Origin: Octopus sinensis
Lineage: Eukaryota
DNA: 17,662 nt
Assembly: GCF_006345805.1 (NCBI RefSeq)
Contig: NW_021824794.1
Span: 1 to 17,662 of the forward strand
Direction of reading: 5' to 3'
The notes beneath the pieces are model-generated. The model saw only the letters and a program-made list of their open reading frames with translations, was not told the DNA's origin and ran no database searches. A program made the position numbers and the translations under genes. Shown here piece after piece: positions 10,412 through 17,662 of the stretch; the stretch's first letter is position 1, and each line of letters starts with the position of its first letter.

Positions 10412-10412
<1 letters not shown>
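10003..10412 (-). mobile_element. SINE family A, near full length (CORE-like tRNA SINE, possibly octopus OR type)
   Basis: Head gcaggagtggatgtgtggtaag...gggttcagtcc, ccttgggcaagt box, internal microsatellite, AAGAGTA tail. Confidence 0.9.

Positions 10413-10470
<58 letters not shown>
10413..10470. repeat. (TA)n microsatellite
   Basis: Direct reading. Confidence 0.95.
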
Positions 10471-10472
<2 letters not shown>

Positions 10473-10784
10473 ATAGGTTTGGTAGATTTGGTGATGCAAA
10501 CAGGAATTTAGATCTCAAAATATGGGTGTATAATTTTTGTATTAATAACCAACATATATTCAGAGTGTTTTGTACGTTTGGCAATTGATAATTGCAAGTG
10601 GGCGAAACTCTCAGCTTTTGTATACATATCAACACGTGCGCGCGCGTACGTGTGTGTGTGCATAAGTGTATATTTACATGTATAATTGTATGTCTGTGTA
10701 TATTTGTATTACAAAATTAGTTCTGAGTGAAACAATAATTTTTCCCCCGACGGGTTATTCAATTTGGTAATAAGTTTCTTTACA

Positions 10785-11407
10785 ATCATACATACATACA
10801 TGCATACATGCACACATACATTTATACATACATACATAAATACATGCATACATGCATACATACATACATACATACACACATAAAACATACATATATACAT
10901 ACAATCATACATACATACACACATACATACATACATTCATACATACATACATACATACAATCATACATACATACACACATACATATATACATGCATACAT
11001 ACATACATACATAATACATACATAGATGCATACATACATACATACATACATAATACATACATACATACATTCATACATACATACATACATACATAAATAC
11101 ATACATACATACTTACACACATACATACATACATGCATGCATACATACACACATACATAAATATATACATACATTCATACACACATACATATATACACAC
11201 ACACATGCATATACACACACACATGCATACATACATACATACATACATACATACATACACACATACATAAATATATACATACATTCATACACACATACAT
11301 ATATACACACACACATGCATATACACACACACATACATACATACATACATACATACATACATGCATACATACATACATACATACATGCATACATACATAC
11401 ATACATA
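10785..11407. repeat. ~620-bp (TACA)n array
   Basis: Direct reading; source of the MYVC/HTYI ORFs. Confidence 0.95.
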
Positions 11408-11788
11408 GAGATTCGGAGAAGAATCGTTCTAAGAGAAGTAAAGCAGCATTTCATTATGCAGGAGCAAAATTCCAATACAAGACAGAAAAAAAATGGTTAA
11501 AGATGTATGAAGGATGGTTGAATGGGTAAAGAAAGAAATTAAAGATGTTGGAAGGTCAAAAAACGACAACTTAATTAATAGCATCGCCCGGGTTTTATTT
11601 CTATAGAATTTATTGAGGTCAAGACCAAAGATATTAAAGAAATTGTCAATTGGCGTGCATTTATTTGTTTTTGCGAGATGGTGTTTATACACAGTCACAC
11701 ACACACACACACACACACACGTGTGTGTGTATTGTTATATTTCGGGACGGTCATTTCTTTTTTGCCAAATAAACACACGCACTATATA

Positions 11789-12102
11789 TATTTCTTTACT
11801 GGCCAAAAGGGGCTAAACACAGAGGGGACAAACAAGGACAGACAAGCGGATCAAGTCGATTATATCGACCCCATTGCGAAACTGGTACTTTATTTATCGA
11901 CCCCGAAAGGTTGAAAGGCAAAGTTGACCTCGGCGGAATTTGAACTCAGAACGTAACGACAGACGAAATACCTATTTCTTTATTACCCACAAGGGGCTAA
12001 ACACAGAGCGGACAAACAAGGACAGACATAGGTATTAAGTCGATTATATCGACCCCAGTGCGTAACTGGTACTTTATTTATCGACCCCGAAAGGATGAAA
12101 GG
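11789..12102 (-). mobile_element. SINE family B tandem 184-bp units (~1.7 copies)
   Basis: tatttcttt at 11789 and 11973 (period 184); same unit as 6971-7480. Confidence 0.9.
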
Positions 12103-12195
12103 ATCGCTAAATTAAGTACCAGTTACGCACTGGGGTCGTATAATCGACTGGTCCCTTCCTACAAACTTCGAGTCCTGTGCCTGTAATAGAAAGGA
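12103..12195 (+). mobile_element. SINE family B 3' part with short tail, inverted against the preceding unit
   Basis: taaattaagtaccagttacgcactggggtcgtataatcgact is the reverse complement of ~12038-12081. Confidence 0.8.
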
Positions 12196-12217
12196 TTATC
12201 GTTGTCATTAAGAAACC

Positions 12218-12423
12218 GGCGATCTGGCTGAATAGTTAGCACGCCGGGCAACATGCTTAGCAGCATTTCGTGTCGTAACGTTCGGAGTTCAAATTCTGCA
12301 GAGGTTGCTTTTATCTTTCATCCTTCCGGAATCGATAAAACAAGTACCAGTTGAATACTGGGGTCGGTTTAAATGACTTATTGTCTTCCTGATCTTGCTG
12401 GCCTTGTGCTAAAATTTGAAACC
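12218..12423 (+). mobile_element. SINE family B, short-tail variant
   Basis: Head, B box gagttcaaattc, ctttcatccttccgg...aagtaccag body, ggccttgtgctaaaatttgaaacc tail. Confidence 0.85.
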
Positions 12424-12440
12424 ACTCTCATTATCATTAA

Positions 12441-12645
12441 AGCAGTGAGTTGGCAGACTCGTTAACGAGACCGAAAAGAAAATGTCTAACGGCATCTCTT
12501 CGGGAGCTTTACAATCGGAGTTCAAATGCTGTCGAGGCCGACTTTTGTCTTCCATTCTTTCGGGGTTGCTTAAAGTAAAAGGAGCAATCAGGAAGGGACC
12601 TCTCCCTTCCCTCAAAACTGCCGGCCTTGAGTCAAAATTTGAATC
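12441..12645 (+). mobile_element. SINE family B, short-tail variant, strongly diverged
   Basis: gagttggcagactcgttaac...gagttcaaat...ggccttgagtcaaaatttgaa. Confidence 0.75.
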
Positions 12646-12651
12646 CCTTGG

Positions 12652-12706
12652 CTACTACTACTACTACTACTACTACAACTACTGCTACTGCTACTGCAAC
12701 AACTAT

Positions 12707-12766
<60 letters not shown>

Positions 12767-12885
12767 ACTTACTACTACTCACCACATTTACTAAAGCACC
12801 ATGATACTCCTGCTGCCGCTGATCATGCTGCCGCTGTTACTACTACTACTACTACTGCTACTACTACTACTACTACTACTACCAC
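12652..12885. repeat. (TAC)n microsatellite, interrupted
   Basis: Direct reading; source of the poly-Y/T/L ORFs. Confidence 0.95.
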
Positions 12886-13031
12886 TGTGCTGCTGCTGTG
12901 CTACCGCCTACTTTACCTTGTCTTTGGCTAAAATAATTGCTTTTATCGTAAACAACACTCAAAAATTTTGTTTTTTGTTTCCTCTTTGCATATGACAGAA
13001 ATCATTCTGTTTTGTTTTGTTTTCTTTTTAG

Positions 13032-13142
13032 CTTTCTGCTTGCAACTGCATCGCGTTCCTTAGAAACCATTATAAGAGGAATCAATCGGAGACGTTAATG
13101 AAAACATCTCTAGGAAGAATCTCTGAAAACCTCTTCGCTTGA
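13032..13142 (+). CDS. Candidate exon after a strong acceptor; phase 0 reads LSACNCIAFLRNHYKRNQSETLMKTSLGRISENLFA*
   Basis: Long polypyrimidine tract ending ttttctttttag at 13031; TGAC ~35 nt upstream. Coding status is unsupported by homology. Confidence 0.25.
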   Translation, partial: LSACNCIAFLRNHYKRNQSETLMKTSLGRISENLFA

Positions 13143-14270
13143 TGGTAATGATATTTGCTTGATGGTAATGGCCACAATGTAAGCCCACTCCGAAATTCAG
13201 TTTTTATGACAGGTATAATGGAGGACGCCATTATAGGCTGGATAGTCGCCTAGTTTTACAAAGCCCTACAGCATAATGTTATCAACCTTGTAAGTTAAGA
13301 AGACATTTAACACAGGTTTTATTACAGGCTGTCGTGTTCAATTCTCTGGATGAAAGACATTCACATATTCACAACTGTGGAGTTTAATATATAATGATTG
13401 AATTATTTTGGCTTCTCAAGCATTCAAGATGGTGTAACTTTTCTTATCCTCGGAGACGAAGTGTCTCTGATTATTTTGTCCTTGAAGAAGATTCTCCGAT
13501 GAGACGAAAGTCGTAACGTCTGGCTACGTTTTAGATTGGAGATTTGCACATACGTTGCTGAAATTTTCCATGAAGCCTCACATGCATATATAAATGTACA
13601 CACCAGCATACATACATACACACAGACACTCAGACACGTACACAAATATTCTGGGAGGGTTATTTTTCATTATTTTTTCTAAAAATACTCTAGTCAACAC
13701 GGTTATAGAGCGAGCATACAGATGTAAGCATTGGCAAAAACACACATTTAGTGCATATAAGTAGTCTCTATCATTATATATAATTTAAACTTTAATTTCC
13801 TTTATATTTAACATTCACTATTAACATCCCTACTCTTTCTGTTAGCAACTTATGACGTTATATCATATAACGTTTTTTTAAACAATATTAATAGCGTTCT
13901 GTCAATCGCTATACAAATCCATCAATGTCTTATTGACGAGTTTCGTTTTTTTCACTTTCCCGAAGAGAAGATTGCATTGTTTATACCATTTATTCTTTTG
14001 AATAGTATCAGTACAATTTTCGAAACATGTGTTACCTGCGTTAAAATCCATTTACTTATTCATATATTATTCAAAATATTCCACGTAAACACGAAGTTTC
14101 TACCTTTATAAACAAGGAGTTACAACATCTTTACTTGTGAGAGTTTGCTAACCTGGTAACTATTTATTTATTTTTTCCGTGTTTATTGTTAACAAGGTAA
14201 AAATACACTCATCTATATATATTTGAGTGTGTGTGTATATGCATATGTATTTATGTGTGTCACTCTTCAT

Positions 14271-14500
14271 GCGTGTGTTTGTCCCCTCACCATTGGTTGA
14301 CAACCTATGTTGCTGTATTTACATTCCATAACATAACGGATCGGCAAAAGACGCGACAGAATCAGTAGCAGAGTCACAAAGAATAAATCCTGGGGTCGGT
14401 TTCGTCGACTAAAACAAAAAAAAAACCTTTAATACGGTCCTCCAGCATGGCCGCAGTCAAATGACTGAGATGTGTAAAAGAATAGAAGATTAAAAGAAAA
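14271..14500 (+). mobile_element. SINE family A 3' half, older subfamily
   Basis: ttgacaacc...tcggcaaaaga...ctccagcatggccgcagtcaaatgactga. Confidence 0.85.
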
Positions 14501-14502
14501 CA

Positions 14503-14552
14503 TGCGTGTGTATGTGTTGTGTGTGCGTGCGTGTGTGTGTATGTGTGTGTGC

Positions 14553-14607
<55 letters not shown>
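14503..14607. repeat. (GT)n microsatellite
   Basis: Direct reading. Confidence 0.95.
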
Positions 14608-14609
<2 letters not shown>

Positions 14610-14753
14610 TTTCCGTGTGCTTATTTTCATAACGAAGTCCAGGCAGTCATAGTCCGCGGGTTACAACTCCATGCAGTATATATATCTTTGGAAATTTTAT
14701 GTGAAGCCGACAAAGTCAATGCCTTTAAAATATAATTAAATTCCAAATATATA

Positions 14754-14918
14754 GGTGCAGGAGTGGCTGTGTGGTAAGTAGCTTGTCTACCAACCACATG
14801 GTTCCGGGTTCAGTCCCACTGCGTGGCACCTTGGGCAAGTGTCTTCTACTATAGCCTCGGGCCGACCAAAGCCTTGTGAGTGGATTTGGTAGACGGAAAC
14901 TGAAAGAAGCCCGTCGTA

Positions 14919-14956
<38 letters not shown>

Positions 14957-15157
14957 TGTGTGTTTGTGTGTCTGTTTGTCCCCTAGCATTGCTTGACAAC
15001 CGATGCTGGTGTGTTTATGTCCCCGTTACTTAGCGGTTCGGCAAAAGAGATCGATAGAATAAGTACTGCGCTTACAAAAAAAAAGAATAAAGGCGGTGCT
15101 CCAGCATGGCCGCAGTCAAATGACTGAAACAAGTAAAAGAGTAAAAAGAGTAAAGAG
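14754..15157 (+). mobile_element. SINE family A, full length with a ~25-bp internal deletion
   Basis: A box tggctgtgtgg, B box ggttcagtcc, ccttgggcaagt box; lacks the gtcccggggtcgat...cgact segment. Confidence 0.92.
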
Positions 15158-15287
15158 TATATATGCTATGCGCATTTTCAACTCTGGTTCTTCCCCGCCT
15201 CCACTTGCTTGGATTTATAACAATTTACATACATACATATATACATACATATATACATACATATATGCATACATACATATATATATA

Positions 15288-15364
15288 CTTTATTCAAAAG
15301 CAGCAAAAATTCAACAACAGCTGTTACTCGGAGTTTCACGTTCCCGTTCGTCGGACAGTTTTGT

Positions 15365-15367
<3 letters not shown>
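15288..15367 (-). mobile_element. Solo PLE pseudo-LTR fragment in a TA/TACA tract
   Basis: HHR motif followed ~25 nt later by AATAAA on the minus strand; homologous to 241-277 and 448-505. Confidence 0.6.
15321..15358 (-). ncRNA. Minimal type-I hammerhead motif, intact fold, CCGACGA core variant
   Basis: Reverse complement: ctgt-CCGACGA-acg ggaa cgt-GAAA-ctc c gag-UA-acag. Stem I ctgt/acag, stem II with GNRA loop, quasi-palindromic stem III, GUA triplet. Confidence 0.7.
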
Positions 15368-15400
<33 letters not shown>

Positions 15401-15402
<2 letters not shown>

Positions 15403-15620
15403 CTCTTTACTCTTTTACTCTTTTACTTGTTTCAGTCATTTGACTGCGGCCATGCTGGAGCACCGCCTTTAGTCGACCAAATCGACCCCGGGACTTATTC
15501 TTTGTAAGCCCATTACTTATTCTATCAGTCTCTTTTGCCGAACCGCTAAGTGACGGGGACGTAAACACACCAGCATCGGTTGTCAAGCAATGCTTGGGGG
15601 GGGGCAAACACAGACACACA

Positions 15621-15696
<76 letters not shown>

Positions 15697-15874
15697 ATAT
15701 ATATATACGACAGGCTTCTTTCATTCAGTTTCCGTCTAACCAAATCCACTCACAAGGCATTGGTCGGCCCGGGGCTATAGCAGAAGACACTGCCCAAGAT
15801 GCCACGCAGTGGGACTGAACCCGGAACCATGTGGTTGGTAAGCAAGCTACTTACCACACAGCCACTCCTGCGCC
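15401..15874 (-). mobile_element. SINE family A, full length
   Basis: Complete head (ggcgcaggagtggctgtgtgg) through tail; flanked by TA repeats on both sides. Confidence 0.92.
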
Positions 15875-16496
15875 TATATATACAAAGACATGTAAAATGG
15901 CCGTTTGGTTGTGCAATGAATATGATAAAGAGGCAACACTGCGGCTTGCACATCATCTTAGTGTTAAAAGCAGATAATGATCGTGGTCTTACGAATAAGT
16001 TCTAACAGAGTTCAGTTCTTGACTTTGGTGAGTTTTTTCTTATTTTTTTCTTTTCGGTTTTGGCACTCAGTACTCACATATTTAATAATTATCGATTATT
16101 TATCTAAGAAACGTGGCCACAAGGGTGTTAACAACATAATTATTGCTACGTGCGGGAATTACTATATACAGTTCGCAAACTCAGTTAATAACGGAGAGTG
16201 TTATTGATTTCTTACAAATTACTTCAAGGTTTACCATTATTCTTCTAACGGTGAATTGGTATCGGTGTGATTACTGTCTAATTCTTGTATCATTATTGCT
16301 TATTATAAATGCCCAGTGTAAATTATTGTTGTTGATGTCGATGCTGGTTAATCTTAATCTATCGCTGGTTGTATAAATCTGCCAAAAGATTTTCCAGCTG
16401 TGAACATCTTAGATATAACATTTCGAGACGTTTTCCGTTGTGTCTTTCCAATTTCGGACATGTTTGGCTATTCTTATTCTAACTGGGAATCAGCTA

Positions 16497-16784
16497 GCGC
16501 CGATGATTAGGGCTTCAGTGATCCGAATCAACGGAACAGCCTGCTGGGGTATTTAACGTACTCCACAGGCATTTGTATCATTAACGGAATTCTCGGGGAG
16601 ATTCAGCGTGACATAGAATACAATAAGGCTGGCCCTTTAGACTGCAGGTACAACTGACTTTTGCCAGAGGAGAAGACTGGAGCAACGTGATATAAAGTAC
16701 CTTGCTCAAGGACACGAGCCGCCGAGTATCGAACCGACGATCTTACGATCGTAAGCCGAGACCCTAACCACTTAGCCACGCACC
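16497..16784 (-). mobile_element. SINE family D
   Basis: Head ggtgcgtggctaagtggttaggg...ggttcgatac, gtgtccttgagcaagg box, tail shared with 5640-5816 and 7800-7980. Confidence 0.85.
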
Positions 16785-17106
16785 TTCATCTACTATTATC
16801 AGGAGTGCAAGAAACAACTTAGTAGTAGCTATCTTTTGTAGTCTAGTAGCATTTAGTCTTAACTGGGCGCACCGTGATCAGGGAGGTAGCTGCATTAGCA
16901 TTGATGTGATTAATATCTATATCTGGTGTCACTGCTTATTGTAGATGTTCCGTGTATCACTACTGTTGTTGTTCTTGTTGTTGATGGTGATGGTGATGTT
17001 GATGTTGAGTAGCCCTTCTTCATTGACGATTGTGTAGACCTATGACCGTCCAGGCTTTTAATTCTAGACGACGTTCCCACGCGAGTCTTTCCCAGTTAAG
17101 GAAAAT

Positions 17107-17412
17107 TTGTTTTGTTTGTTCCTTCTCGAGCCATGCCTGGCTCATAAGGGCCGGTTTCCCGGTTTCCTTGGCGTATAGGTTCCCCACCTGGACGGGACGC
17201 CGGTCCGTCGCAGGTGAGCTGCAAGATGCAGGAGGAAAGAGTGAGAGAAATTAGGGCGAAAGAGTCAGTAGAAGTTCGCCATTCCCTTCTACCAGAGCCG
17301 TGTGGGGCTTAGGTGTTTCGCTCATAAACACACACATCGCCCGGTCTGAAATTCGAACCTGCGATCCCTCGACCGCGAGTCCGCTGCTCTAGCCACTAGG
17401 TCATGTGTCTCC
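17107..17412 (-). mobile_element. SINE with family C head, V-domain-like body and AAAC tail
   Basis: Head like 5485-5600; cctgcgacggaccggcgtcccgtccagg resembles the recalled V-SINE domain. Confidence 0.85.
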
Positions 17413-17514
17413 AAGGAAAATTTAAGCTTTGTAAAACAAGTGGTCTATCAGAAGTCCTAGATCGTTGGACAAAATGCTTAGCAGCATTTCTGCCGGCTCT
17501 TTACAAGATAAGAA

Positions 17515-17662
17515 GGCAGCGAGCTGGCAGAAACGTTAGCACGACGGGCGAAATACTTAGCGTGGATTTCGTCTGCCGTTACGTTTGTGAGTTCAAATTC
17601 CGCCGAGGTCGACTTTGCCTTTCATCCTTTCGGGGTCGATAATTAAGTACCAGTTACGCACT
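17515..17662 (+). mobile_element. SINE family B, runs off the window end
   Basis: ggcagcgagctggcagaaacgttagcacg...gagttcaaattcc...aagtaccagttacgcact. Confidence 0.9.

Noticed and set aside
54-15780. Many 60-150 aa ORFs (YIYI, MYVC, HTHT, LSIY, poly-Y/T/L)
   Set aside because: They are translations of microsatellites that lack stop codons.
16140-16490. Possible decayed transposon ORF (also 4500-4900 and 3050-3240)
   Set aside because: The frames I translated have multiple stops or no motif I recognise; needs BLASTx.
5120-17642. Complex-looking ORFs such as 5120-5587, 6082-6375, 10181-10588, 14787-14999 and 17403-17642
   Set aside because: They overlap SINE copies; similar peptides recur only because the SINE recurs.

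Overview
AT-rich, microsatellite-dense animal genomic DNA with no long ORF. Nearly all listed six-frame ORFs are translations of (TA)n, (CA)n, (TACA)n, (TATC)n or (TAC)n repeats, or of SINEs. The repeat repertoire suggests an octopus (cephalopod) intronic or intergenic region; this is an inference from recalled SINE types, not a search result. The window holds about 20 copies or fragments of several modular tRNA-derived SINE families, a decayed RTE-like LINE fragment and a Penelope-like (PLE) endonuclease fragment. It may also hold a first coding micro-exon (gccATG...ACG|gtaagt at 1195-1209). The most notable signals are: (i) several minimal type-I hammerhead ribozyme (HHR) motifs of the PLE kind from at least two families, one with a canonical core at 3992-4041 and one family with a shared CCGANGA core at 459-550 and 15321-15358; (ii) a ~500-bp fold-back centred on two back-to-back HHR motifs; (iii) a SINE amplified as exact 184-bp head-less tandem units with the same junction at two loci; (iv) a 71-bp near-perfect GC-rich hairpin flanked by a 12-bp direct repeat.
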